Origin: an uncultured Gammaproteobacteria bacterium
GTDB lineage: Bacteria > Pseudomonadota > Gammaproteobacteria > CAWCPV01
Direction: 5' to 3'
Assembly (NCBI GenBank): GCA_963797555.1
Contig: CAWCPV010000002.1
Coordinates: forward strand, 192,001-256,000
DNA: 64,000 nt
This document shows positions 53,259 to 62,632 of this stretch, piece by piece. Each line of letters starts with the position of its first letter. Within the stretch, counting starts at the first letter, position 1. The notes under the pieces were generated by a model that saw nothing but the letters and a program-made list of their open reading frames with translations, was not told the origin of the DNA and searched no databases. The position numbers and the translations under genes were made by a program.

Positions 53259-54525
53259 TGTAGGCGTCCGGAAGCTGCGGGAAGCCTGTGACGTGAGCCG
53301 CCTTCATCTCTGCGGCCAGTGCGGGCACGAATATCTCCTCCGCCCAGCTCCGCATCCGTTCCCACTGGGCAGGGCCGATGGGGCGGAAACCGTGCGCGAG
53401 GATGGAGGCGTTACGCACGAGCAACTGATCGAGGAGTGCATCGTGGCGTTCGGCGAAGAAGCGCGCCGCGGGTCCGCCCGTATGCTGCTGGACGAGCTGC
53501 CAGGCGGCGAAGAGCCCCGCCTGGAGTTTTCCCTCCCGGTTCACTGTCGCCAGCCCTTCCGGGTCCTTGTCCGCCGGCAGGTCCGCCGTGTCCAGCCCGG
53601 CACGTGCGCGCAGCACCCACTGGGCAGTCCATTCCAGGACCCGGTACAGGCGCGCCACCGCGTCGTCGTAGCGCCCCGCGCGAGCGCGCCGCTCCGCGTT
53701 GAGCCACAGGTCCCAGATGCGCAGCGGCTCGCGCCGGGGCGATTCGTCGCCGGTCAAGACCTCGAGCGCGCCGAAGTAAGCGCCGAGCGGCCCGGCAATG
53801 ACGGGCGCATACGGACGCAAGCGGCGCAGCGCTTCCGTATGGTCGAAGCGGTCCCACGCGGCGAGGGCTGCGCTCAGGTCCCGAGCGCGGCTCAGCTCCG
53901 CGGCGAGCGGTACGTCGCGAGGGGCGGCGACAGCCTCCAGCGCCTCCGCCGCTTCGTCGTAAGCGAAGCGTCGCCAAGGGGCCAGGGCTGCGGCCATGGC
54001 GCGGCGGACGCGGATGCGCTCCACCGAGGCGAGGACCGCGTGCTCGGTGCCGTCCAGCACGCGCACGAGGTCTCCCCGGTTGCCCGTCACGAGCTGCAGA
54101 TCGACGCCGCCCGCTTCCAGCGCCGCGAGCGCCAGCGCCGCGGTCATCGTTTTGGTGCCGCCCGTGTAGTCCGCGGCCAACCGGGCCCCCGGAAAGCGTT
54201 CGCGGACACGCTCGATGTCTCGTTGGAGGAGGTGGAACGCGTCGTCCAAACCGTCCGCCGGCACTTCCAGCACCTCGTACGCCCCTTCGGCCAGACCGGC
54301 CTGCGCGGGAATGTTGGGCAGGCTGGGCGCGGGGTCGTCGCGGCTCGCCTTGATGACGTTGCCCTTGCCGAGCACCTGCGTGGCCGACCCCAATCGGCCC
54401 GTGCCGGGGTCCCGTCCGGTGCAGACGAAAATCACGTGCGCCGGCCGCAGCGAGCGAATGGCCGTCACAATGGGCTCGTGGGAGCCGCCGACGGTGCAGA
54501 ACAGGATGACCTGGCTCTCGCTCAT
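53251..54525 (-). CDS. CARF-HEPN protein (TIGR02710-like)
   Basis: CTVGGSHEPI, DYTGGTKTMT, RYDDAVARLYRVLE and HEPN-like RNASILAHG. Confidence 0.85.
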   Translation of the reverse strand: MSESQVILFCTVGGSHEPIVTAIRSLRPAHVIFVCTGRDPGTGRLGSATQVLGKGNVIKASRDDPAPSLPNIPAQAGLAEGAYEVLEVPADGLDDAFHLLQRDIERVRERFPGARLAADYTGGTKTMTAALALAALEAGGVDLQLVTGNRGDLVRVLDGTEHAVLASVERIRVRRAMAAALAPWRRFAYDEAAEALEAVAAPRDVPLAAELSRARDLSAALAAWDRFDHTEALRRLRPYAPVIAGPLGAYFGALEVLTGDESPRREPLRIWDLWLNAERRARAGRYDDAVARLYRVLEWTAQWVLRARAGLDTADLPADKDPEGLATVNREGKLQAGLFAAWQLVQQHTGGPAARFFAERHDALLDQLLVRNASILAHGFRPIGPAQWERMRSWAEEIFVPALAAEMKAAHVTGFPQLPDAYIG

Positions 54526-55136
54526 GGTCGAGACAGCGGGACCCAGCCGAGGGAGCCGAGGTCCACGGCGACCTCCGGGAATGCCTTCGGGCGTGCGGCG
54601 CCTGCGCGGTAGTAATCCACGTGCCGGTACTCGCCGGCCTCGGGGCCGTGGTAGACATCGAGCCGCTTCTCCGGCAGGTCGAACAGCCAGACCTCGGGGA
54701 TACCGCGGCGGGCGTAGAGCGGAACTTTCACCTCGCGGTCGTACCGCCCAGTGGTGTCGGCCACTTCGACGAGCAGCAGGACATCTTCGGGGCCGGGATG
54801 GGCGGAGCGGTAAAAATCGTCCCTGAACTTGAGCACGGCGAGGTCGGGCTGGGGCTCGGAGTGATCGTCGAGCCGAACCGGGTCCTGGACACTCACCACG
54901 GCCCGGTCGCGCACCCCGACCGCGAGCAGGTGGTTCAGCAGCTTGACGATGCCCGTATGCTCGCTGCCTAGCGGCGCCATGTCGACCAGCGCCCCCTCGA
55001 TCAGCTCGACGCGCTCGCCCGGCTTGAAGATACCGGCCTCGCCCATGCGCTGATACACCTCCACCGTAATCATGCGCCGGGCTGGCAACAGCGCCTCCTC
55101 GACCCGGTGCTCGTCAGCCGCAACGCTCATGACCAT
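54522..55136 (-). CDS. Uma2/DUF820 family endonuclease
   Basis: RVELIEG, SEPQPDL, LLVEVADT and YARRGIPEVWL; overlaps the CARF gene start. Confidence 0.9.
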   Translation of the reverse strand: MVMSVAADEHRVEEALLPARRMITVEVYQRMGEAGIFKPGERVELIEGALVDMAPLGSEHTGIVKLLNHLLAVGVRDRAVVSVQDPVRLDDHSEPQPDLAVLKFRDDFYRSAHPGPEDVLLLVEVADTTGRYDREVKVPLYARRGIPEVWLFDLPEKRLDVYHGPEAGEYRHVDYYRAGAARPKAFPEVAVDLGSLGWVPLSRP

Positions 55137-55336
55137 ACCTCACGCCTCATCCCGGCAGCAGAATCCTATCCGAGCCCCCGATCCTTGCCCGGAATCGGCG
55201 CCGAGCGATTGAAACACCCTCAGGGAGCGCTCGTGGCCCTCGTCCTCCGCAGAGCTCCTGGCGGCGCTCTCCTGCCAGACGTTAGCACGCTTCATCGTTC
55301 TGTGCACCGAAGGCCCCCAAGGAACGCCGTCGACAA

Positions 55337-55753
55337 TCAGCGCGGCCTCTGCGCCAGCGCCCAATCGAAGAACCGCCGGTACAGCGCAAGCGCCGGCTCC
55401 ACCGCCGCGATCACGCGATCGAGGTCGATCACGTCGTAGAGGTGCGTGAGAACGTTGCGCATACCGCAGGCGTCGACCAGCGGGTCGGCTAGGTCCCGCG
55501 GCATGGCGTCAAGCTGCGCCAGGGCCAGAAAGACTTCCCGATAGCTCGACGCGAGGCCGAAACCGCGCGCTTTGAGCACCTGCAAGCCGATGTCCGCGGC
55601 CGACTCGCACAAGAGCTGCAGCAACCGCTCGATGGCGTAGTGCTGGCGCCGGCGTTCCTCAGGAGCCAGCCGCCCGTAGGGCTCCAGATCCATCAGAAAC
55701 TGGCGCAGGAAGCCGAGCTTGCGCTCGAACACCTCGCGGCTAGGCGGGCTCAT
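55337..55753 (-). CDS. HepT/DUF86 HEPN ribonuclease toxin
   Basis: AIERLLQ and GMRNVLTHLY (RxxxxHxY). Confidence 0.88.
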   Translation of the reverse strand: MSPPSREVFERKLGFLRQFLMDLEPYGRLAPEERRRQHYAIERLLQLLCESAADIGLQVLKARGFGLASSYREVFLALAQLDAMPRDLADPLVDACGMRNVLTHLYDVIDLDRVIAAVEPALALYRRFFDWALAQRPR

Positions 55754-56132
55754 CGAGCATCTCGCTGCTGGCGCGCCGGAACTTCTCGGTGTCTGCGTAG
55801 AGGAAGAATGCCCGGTCCTGCTCCCGCGAGAAAAGTCCTTCCTCGGCTTCGTGAAGACACACGCCCCGCTGGAAGACCTGGAAGCGCGCGGTGGGCGACA
55901 ATCCTTCAGTCAGTAGCAGGAGGTCCACCCCGCGTTGCGGGAACAGGGGCTCGAGCGCCGCCACCCATTTGCCCTGTTCGAAGAGCGTCGGCACAGCGCT
56001 GGGCATCACCGCCAGGTCAACGTCCCTGCCGACGGCGCCTGCGGCGCTGGAGCCGAAAAGCACCACCAGCCGCCAGCCGAACCGTTGGGCGAGGTCCGCG
56101 AGCTGCCGCTGCGTTTCAGGGACAATATGCAT
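55740..56132 (-). CDS. MntA minimal nucleotidyltransferase antitoxin
   Basis: VLFGSSAAG..DVDLAV and VDL; overlaps the HEPN gene. Confidence 0.85.
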   Translation of the reverse strand: MHIVPETQRQLADLAQRFGWRLVVLFGSSAAGAVGRDVDLAVMPSAVPTLFEQGKWVAALEPLFPQRGVDLLLLTEGLSPTARFQVFQRGVCLHEAEEGLFSREQDRAFFLYADTEKFRRASSEMLDEPA

Positions 56133-56304
56133 CAGCCGACCCTCGCGCGTCCCGACCAAGACTTCCGCCGAGCTCCGTTCCAAGTCTACCCGCCAGACCT
56201 CGGGGGCCCCGTGGCAGCGGCGTCTTTTCAGCATCAGGGTACTATGTCTGCCGCCGATGCCCAATGCGGCCCACGGGACTCATCGTCGCGAGCACCTCCC
56301 CCGG

Positions 56305-57117
56305 TCAGCTCGGAGCGGTGCTTTCAATACCTCGGCCACCAGGGAGCGCCCGCCCCGCCCGACGGTACAAGGCCGCGATCACCTCCCGCATGTCCGCCGG
56401 CAGGCGCCGCCAGCCTTCGGCAGCAATGTCATCGGGGATCCCGAAGCGGGCCTCGGCGATTCCCCCGGCGATGGCGGCCAGGGTATCGCTGTCGCCGCCC
56501 AGGGAAATGGCGTTGCGGATGGCGTCCTCGTAGCCGGCCGCCTCCAGGGCGCAGATCACGGCTTCGGGCACGGTGCCCTGGCAGGTCTCGTCGAACCGGT
56601 AGCCTGGGCGGATGCCGGCCACGGTGCGGTCGAGGTCATAGCGGTAGGCGCCGCTCACGGCCCGGCGGATGGCGGAGGCGGACTCCCCGTGGAGCGCCAT
56701 GAAGATCGCCGTGGCGGTGGCCGCGGCCCCCTTCAGCCCCTCGGGGTGGTCGTGGGTCACCTCCGTGACGCTCCGGGCGAACCCCAGGGTCTCTTCCAGG
56801 GTGTGCCCCAGCAGACCGGCGGGCGAGACGCGCATGGCCGCTCCGTTGCCGTAGCTGCCGTAGGGCGCCGTCTCCGCCGAGAAGAGCCAGCGGGAGAAGC
56901 GGCCGCCCCACCCCGAGTTGGGATAGCGCCGGCCCCATTCTTTGAATGCCTGCCCCGGCGGGCGGTCGTTGATCAGGGCGTCCGCCACCGCCACCGTGAG
57001 CACGCTGTCGTCGGTGAAGAATGCGTCGCGGCGCAGGAAGGGCTCGAAGTCCTTGGCCTTGTACCCACGAAATTCGTAGACCGACCCGGCGATGTCGCCT
57101 ATAACGGCTCCAAGCAT
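56305..57117 (-). CDS. ADP-ribosylglycohydrolase (DraG/ARH family)
   Basis: MLGAVIGDIAGS, FTDDS, SYGNGAAMR and GGDSDT. Confidence 0.92.
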   Translation of the reverse strand: MLGAVIGDIAGSVYEFRGYKAKDFEPFLRRDAFFTDDSVLTVAVADALINDRPPGQAFKEWGRRYPNSGWGGRFSRWLFSAETAPYGSYGNGAAMRVSPAGLLGHTLEETLGFARSVTEVTHDHPEGLKGAAATATAIFMALHGESASAIRRAVSGAYRYDLDRTVAGIRPGYRFDETCQGTVPEAVICALEAAGYEDAIRNAISLGGDSDTLAAIAGGIAEARFGIPDDIAAEGWRRLPADMREVIAALYRRAGRALPGGRGIESTAPS

Positions 57118-57353
57118 AGCGTTCTCCTTCGTGGAATGCCCGACCGGGCGCGGCAGCCGCCCGCCACCGGCCGTCGTCAGTCGTTGCTGCGGTCCTCCAT
57201 CAGGCTTCCTCCCACCGGCTCCAGCGCCGGGACGCTCGACGGCGTCGCGGCGAAGTTACCGCTCACTGCTTGCTCCCGGCTGCTGGCTTCCCCGTCGCCT
57301 TCGTGAGATCGCCTTCGCCGTCCAGCGGATGTGGTGAGTGCGCCATACCGGCA

Positions 57354-58739
57354 TCAACCCTCGCATTCGCTCTGATCCTCCAGCAGTCCGGCCGCATCCA
57401 GCTCCAGCGCCGGGATGCTGGGCAGGCTGCTGCCGACGATGCCGCTCATCTCGCCGTACATGCCCACGGTGTTGGTGATCACGCGCTCGATCTGCTTCTC
57501 GCGCTCCTTCCAGATCTTCTCCATCGCGCGGCGTTCGCGGTTGAGCTGCTCCTGCAGCCCCCGGAAGGCATCGACGATGCCCTGCACGCGGCTGCGGAAC
57601 TGGTCGCCGGCGAGGTAGCGGTAGAGCATCTCCATCTTCTCGTTCTTGCCCTCGGAGGCCGCGTGGGCGAACGCCACCTGGACGAGCTGCTCGCGCAGGG
57701 CCACCGCGAGCGCCGGCCAGGCCCGGAGGCTCGCGATCCACACCCCTTCGACGAGTCCGAATTCCTGGACCGTGTCGGGGAGCACCGCGGAAACCAACAC
57801 CGCCAGGTTGCCGCCGACCGCGCGCTGGTCCTCCTTGAGCTTGTCGATCCAGCCCGGGCTCCAGTTCTTGGTGTTCTTGGTCTCCCATACGATGCTGCCG
57901 CAGGGTTGCATGATGTGGTTGCGCACCTCGTGAATGAGGTCGGCGCCGCGCGCGCCCTTGGGAACCGGGCGGATGGCGTCCTGCGGAAACTGCCGCTCCA
58001 GCGCCGCCTGGATGTCCAGCTCCAGCACCTCCCCCTGCAGCTCCTGAGAGCCCTGCTCGCTCCTGCGCTTGGCGTCGTCCAATGCCTTGCGCAGGTCATC
58101 GATCTGCTTCTCCTTCTCCTTGAGCTTGAGCGCCTGCTCCTCGGTGGCGGCCTTGCGGATGGCCTCCTCCAGCCGCTGCTTCTCCGCGTCGACCTTGCGT
58201 GCCACCTCCAAGTCCAGCTCCCGGCTCCGCTCCTCGAGGACCGCCTTCTCCTTGCGCAGGGCCAGCTCGGCCTGTTGAGCCGCCTGAGCCTTGCGGCTCT
58301 GCTCGGCGAGCTGCTCCTTCAGGAGCTTCATCTCTTCATCGCTGGTCGCACGAGCGCGCGCCTCCGCCTGGGCCGCTGCGGCCTTGACCCGTTCGTCGGC
58401 CTCTTTGCGCAGGGCCTGCTCCACCTCGTCCCGTACCTTCTCGGCGAGCTGCCGGTTCTGCTCCTCCAGCTCCCGCGCCCTCTTGCGCAGCTCCAACTGA
58501 TCCGCCAGAGCTGTCTCGGCCTTCTCGTCCTTTTCAGCCAGCCTGACCTTGAGGTCGGCCAGCTCCAGCGTCAAAGCCTGCTGGGCGCTCGACCGGGCCT
58601 GCTCCACAGCGCGCCTGAGCTGGGCCTCGTGTTGGAGGCGGAGGGTGTTTTCCAGGTCGCGGCGGATCTGGGCCGACAACGCCTCGGAGACGGGGATCTC
58701 GGTCCCGCAATTGGGACAGCGGATGCTCGTTTCTGACAT
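57354..58739 (-). CDS. DUF2130 protein (Zn ribbon, coiled coil, C-terminal nuclease-like domain)
   Basis: IRCPNCG, a long coiled coil, QGEVLE, GAD and IVWETKNTKNW. Confidence 0.85.
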   Translation of the reverse strand: MSETSIRCPNCGTEIPVSEALSAQIRRDLENTLRLQHEAQLRRAVEQARSSAQQALTLELADLKVRLAEKDEKAETALADQLELRKRARELEEQNRQLAEKVRDEVEQALRKEADERVKAAAAQAEARARATSDEEMKLLKEQLAEQSRKAQAAQQAELALRKEKAVLEERSRELDLEVARKVDAEKQRLEEAIRKAATEEQALKLKEKEKQIDDLRKALDDAKRRSEQGSQELQGEVLELDIQAALERQFPQDAIRPVPKGARGADLIHEVRNHIMQPCGSIVWETKNTKNWSPGWIDKLKEDQRAVGGNLAVLVSAVLPDTVQEFGLVEGVWIASLRAWPALAVALREQLVQVAFAHAASEGKNEKMEMLYRYLAGDQFRSRVQGIVDAFRGLQEQLNRERRAMEKIWKEREKQIERVITNTVGMYGEMSGIVGSSLPSIPALELDAAGLLEDQSECEG

Positions 58740-58753
58740 TTGTTCAAGACCTC

Positions 58754-60203
58754 GTAACTATTCAGGTATCTCTTGCAGGACAGTTGATTATGCGTGACAC
58801 TTTAGTGCATGCATGAGAAACAGAGTGCAACCCCATTCGATGCCGCCCTGTTCGGCGAGCTAGAGCGGCTGCGTGCGGAGAACGCCGCATTGCGCGCCCA
58901 GGTGGCGCAACTGCTGCAACGGGTCCAAGACTTGGAGGCCCGACTGGCCAAGGACAGCCACAACTCCAGCAAACCACCGTCATCGGATCCCCCGTTCAAT
59001 CCTGGCGCGACGATGGGGCTGGTGGACGAACCCGACCGCACCGTGTTCCTGCCGCTGACTGGGCACTGCGATTGCGGGTGCTGCCGTGCGGGGATCCTCG
59101 CCTCGGCGCTGCCCGAGCGACGCCAAGTGACCGAACGGGTGATCCGCCGTGAGGTTACCGAGTACCGTATCCTCGAAGGGGTGTGCATCTGCGGCCAGGT
59201 GCACCGTAGCGCGTTTCCGCCGGGGATGGACGCTGCGGTGCAGTATGGACCGGGAGTGTATGCTCTTGCGGTGCACTTGACCCAATACCAGCTCCTGCCC
59301 TACCGGCGCACCGCTGCGTTGCTCGATGAGCTGGCCGGCATCGCCATCTCTCCTGCTACCATCCATGCCGCAGTGAGGTCTGCGGCCATGCGGGTGCAGG
59401 CGCAGGTAGCGACCATCGGCCAAGCGCTCGCGCGTGCCGCGGTGGCCCACGCCGACGAGACCGGTGTGCGCGTCGACGGCAAGCTCAACTGGCTGCATGT
59501 TCTGAGCACCGATACGCTCACCACCTGCTTTGTCCCTGCCAAGCGCGGCCAGGCCGCCCTGGATGCCTTCGGTCTGCTGGCGCACTACACCGGCATTCTG
59601 GTCCATGACCACTGGTGTGCCTACGACTGCTACCCGGGCCTGCACGCCTTCTGCAACGCTCATCCCCTGCGGGAGTTGATCGGCCTCATCGAGGGCTTCC
59701 CCGAGCAGAGCTGGGCGGCACCGATGATCGATCTCCTGTGCCAGGCCAAAGAGGCCGCCGATCAAGCCCGCGCTCAGGGACTCGCGGCCCTGCCCACACC
59801 CGCCCTGGAGCAGTTTCAGGCGCGCTATGACACGATCCTCACCCAAGGCGCGGCACTCAACCCCCGCAACACCCAGCGCACCGGCACCCGCGGGCGAATC
59901 AAGCACTCACCCGCCTACAATCTGCTCGGGCGCCTACGCGAGCGCCGCGACGATACCTTGCGCTTTCTCACGGATCTCCGCGTCCCCTTCGATAACAACC
60001 AAGCTGAGCGCGATGTGCGCATGCCCAAGGTCAAACAGAAGGTCTCCGGAGGCTTTCGCTCCTCCGAGGGCGCTGCAGCATTCGCCACCATCCGCTCTTA
60101 CCTCTCCACCTTGCGCAAACAATCCGCCGACCTCTTCCATGCCTTGGTCATGACCTTCCAGGGGGCGCCGCCTATGCCGCGGTTGGGGTAGGTGAATAGT
60201 TAC
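58754..60203 (+). mobile_element. IS66-family element (single-ORF ISBst12 type)
   Basis: Inverted ends GTAACTATTCA and TGAATAGTTAC; 8-bp target duplication AAGACCTC at 58746-58753 and 60204-60211. Confidence 0.93.
58809..60191 (+). CDS. IS66 transposase TnpC (possible short in-frame deletion after SSDPP)
   Basis: NSSKPPSSD, HADETG, CNAHPLREL and FDNNQAERDVR. Confidence 0.9.
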   Translation: MHEKQSATPFDAALFGELERLRAENAALRAQVAQLLQRVQDLEARLAKDSHNSSKPPSSDPPFNPGATMGLVDEPDRTVFLPLTGHCDCGCCRAGILASALPERRQVTERVIRREVTEYRILEGVCICGQVHRSAFPPGMDAAVQYGPGVYALAVHLTQYQLLPYRRTAALLDELAGIAISPATIHAAVRSAAMRVQAQVATIGQALARAAVAHADETGVRVDGKLNWLHVLSTDTLTTCFVPAKRGQAALDAFGLLAHYTGILVHDHWCAYDCYPGLHAFCNAHPLRELIGLIEGFPEQSWAAPMIDLLCQAKEAADQARAQGLAALPTPALEQFQARYDTILTQGAALNPRNTQRTGTRGRIKHSPAYNLLGRLRERRDDTLRFLTDLRVPFDNNQAERDVRMPKVKQKVSGGFRSSEGAAAFATIRSYLSTLRKQSADLFHALVMTFQGAPPMPRLG

Positions 60204-60396
60204 AAGACCTCCTGAATATCCTCACCTCGGCCTACGCCGCGAGCACGCAAGCCGCCTGTCCGGCCCTTTATTACCACAGTCGCTGCATCAATCCGTGAGG
60301 CAGTGCCGGTGGCCCAGCGTCAGCGATTGTGCTCCGCACGCAGCCGGTGATGCCTGGAAATTCCACCTTAGCGGCATTGTTGCGCTCCGGTCGCTG

Positions 60397-60412
60397 CGCA
60401 AGCTTGCGGGCA
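60397..60412 (-). promoter_or_regulatory. GCCCGCAAGCTTGCG upstream of the minus-strand accessory block (candidate operator)
   Basis: About 200 bp from the DUF2130 start once IS66 is removed. Confidence 0.5.
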
Positions 60413-60434
60413 AGGCCACCACGGCCTCGCTGCT

Positions 60435-60770
60435 AATGACGTTGGCTCTCGGGCGTCGGGTCGTAGAACTCAGGGTTGCCCTCGTGAGGCACCGGGACGA
60501 TGACGTGCGACAGTCGGTCCTGCGGGCGCCCATACCGCAACAGGGATTAGCCCGCGTAGAATCCCATGGATTGACCTCGCAGGCGATGGAAAGCGGGAGC
60601 GCGCTGGTTCGGTCCGCCGGGAGGCGCCGAACCCAGTCCACGATGAGGTCAGCGGCGAGCGTGTCGTCATCCGGCGCCCGGACATCCGAGAGCGCCTCTT
60701 CGGGCGCCTTGACTGCCTGCGGCTTAGAGGAGAGGATCTTGCGCCGGGGCGGAAGGCCAACGGGGAATTC
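60435..60770 (-). pseudogene. Degenerate second NE0113-type CARF gene fragment
   Basis: LSDVRAPDDDTLAADLIVDWVRRL..SALPLSIA / MGFYAG*SLLRYGRPQDRLSHVIV..EFYDPTPES aligns with the protein at 32278. Confidence 0.8.
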
Positions 60771-60819
60771 CTTCGCCCGGCCAGCACGACCTGCGCACCG
60801 AAGGTAGGAGAGGGTAGGA

Positions 60820-61401
60820 ATGAGCACGCCCGAACAACATCTGCCAGCCCCGGCGGGTAAACAGCAGAGCCTGGCAACCGACCAGTTCTTCTACTTCTTC
60901 CTGCGCCTTCGCAAGCAGGAGATTCGCCGCACGGTGCAGGCGCTGAAGGCCCGTTACCCGGACGATAGCCCCGAGCGGCTCGCGCGGCGCATCATCGCGT
61001 CCCACATGCCCATCTCGTTCCTCGGGGGAGCCCTGACGCATCTGCCGCTGCTCCTCCCCGGCGTCGGGCAGGCGCTCAAGCTGCTCGGCTTCGTCGGGGG
61101 CGCGTCGGCGCTCACGCGGATGCACCTCTACCTGATCCTCGAGATCGCCCTGGTCTACGGCAAAGACATCGACGAACAGGCCCGCGTCCCGGAGATGGCT
61201 GCCGTGGTCGCAGCCACGGGCCTGGCAGCGAGCACCCCAATCGTCCTGCAGATTCTGGAACTCAACCCCATCTATGCCATTCCCGCGTCCGGTCTCAGCG
61301 CGGTCACGGTGGCCCAGCTCATCGGCAACGCCGCGATCCAGTATTACGGCGGCCCCGCCACCGAAGCCGCTGCGGCATTCTCTCCCGCCCCCGCTTCGTG
61401 A
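60820..61401 (+). CDS. Hypothetical hydrophobic protein (EcsC-like layout)
   Basis: Purine-rich SD, host-like codon usage and Gly/Ala-rich hydrophobic helices. Confidence 0.6.
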   Translation: MSTPEQHLPAPAGKQQSLATDQFFYFFLRLRKQEIRRTVQALKARYPDDSPERLARRIIASHMPISFLGGALTHLPLLLPGVGQALKLLGFVGGASALTRMHLYLILEIALVYGKDIDEQARVPEMAAVVAATGLAASTPIVLQILELNPIYAIPASGLSAVTVAQLIGNAAIQYYGGPATEAAAAFSPAPAS

Positions 61402-61515
61402 TACGCCGGATGGCGGCTCGAAATCGCCTCCCGCCGGAGGCCTTGGGCGCGTCTGGCCCGAGTCCCTGTCATGTGGCATTATGATTTTGTCACGTGACAT
61501 GGACCGGAGGCTCCC

Positions 61516-61935
61516 ATGACCGAAGAGGCTCGCATCCTCAAGTTTCTCGGGGCGGGGAAGCGGCGCCGCAGCGACTTGGTGGAGATGACGCGCCAGGGCA
61601 TCGCCTCCACGACCGCCAAGCAGGTACTGTCGGACCTCGGTCTGAACCCGGAGCAGACCACCGTTATCCTCGGAACCTCGCCCCGGACGCTCGCGCGGCG
61701 CGTCCAGAAGAACCAGTCCCTCGACCCGGTCGAGTCCGACCGCTTGGTGCGGTTCCTGCGGGTCGCCGCCCACGCGGAAGAGGTGTTCGAGGACCGGGAC
61801 CGGGCGCTCCAGTGGCTGAAGGCACCGAACCGCGCCCTCGCGGGTGCGGTGCCGCTCGATCTGCTGGACACGGACGCGGGGACCGAGCTGGTAGATGAGG
61901 TCCTGCACCGCCTGGACTATGGCGTCTATAGTTGA
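61516..61935 (+). CDS. Xre/MbcA/ParS antitoxin (DUF2384)
   Basis: ESDRLVR..AEEVF..WLKAPNRAL..PLDLLDT..G..GVYS. Confidence 0.9.
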   Translation: MTEEARILKFLGAGKRRRSDLVEMTRQGIASTTAKQVLSDLGLNPEQTTVILGTSPRTLARRVQKNQSLDPVESDRLVRFLRVAAHAEEVFEDRDRALQWLKAPNRALAGAVPLDLLDTDAGTELVDEVLHRLDYGVYS

Positions 61936-62426
61936 TGCGGGTGTGGCGGCTCACCAGCCGGCGAAGGGCTGCGACCGCCTTCTCGGGCGAAGGTACCCGC
62001 ATCGCCGGTAGCCGCTGGATGGAGCGCGGCCTCCCGGCCGTCTATACCTCGCAATCCATCGCCCTCGCGGCGCTGGAGACCCTGGTCCACGCCGATGTGG
62101 AGATGCTCGCCCCGCAGCTCGTGATTCCGGCGGACCTGCCGGAAGACCTGCCGATCGAGCAGGTCGAAGTGTCGGGGCTTCCGAAGACCTGGTTCCATAC
62201 GCCCGCACCGACCGCCCTGCAGGCGATCGGAGCAAGGTGGATCGAGTCCAAACGGACGTCAGTGCTGCAGGTCCCATCGGCCATCGTGAACGACGAGTGC
62301 AACTACATCCTGAATCCGTTCCACCCGGACTTCGGCCGGATCGCCGTCGGCGATCCCCGACCCTTCGCCTTCGACGGGCGCCTGTGGCGTCACCCGGGGA
62401 GCCACTCGCCGACGCCGCTGCTGTGA
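61935..62426 (+). CDS. RES-domain toxin
   Basis: VWRL, FSGEG..RW, YTSQSIALAALE and VPSAIV..NYILNPFHPDF. Confidence 0.9.
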   Translation: MRVWRLTSRRRAATAFSGEGTRIAGSRWMERGLPAVYTSQSIALAALETLVHADVEMLAPQLVIPADLPEDLPIEQVEVSGLPKTWFHTPAPTALQAIGARWIESKRTSVLQVPSAIVNDECNYILNPFHPDFGRIAVGDPRPFAFDGRLWRHPGSHSPTPLL

Positions 62427-62543
62427 CCACACTGGAGCCTGTGCCATGCAGTCCGGCAGGCATGGCGCTGCGCATTGTCACAAACATGTCGGTGATATCC
62501 GCCAGGCGCTGGAGGGTGGTGGTTCCGGGCCCCAATCCAATCG

Positions 62544-62632
62544 ATAGGATGGGCAAAGCGAAGCGTGCCCATCACCCACCCGTCACTCCCCGTCCATCCG
62601 ATGTCGGGTTACGCTGCGCTAACCCGACCTAC
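62544..62632. repeat. Pair of convergent GTAG-type REP-like palindromes
   Basis: ATAGGATGGGCAAAGCGAAGCGTGCCCATC (plus, 62544-62573) and GTAGGTCGGGTTAGCGCAGCGTAACCCGAC (minus, 62632-62603). Confidence 0.7.
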
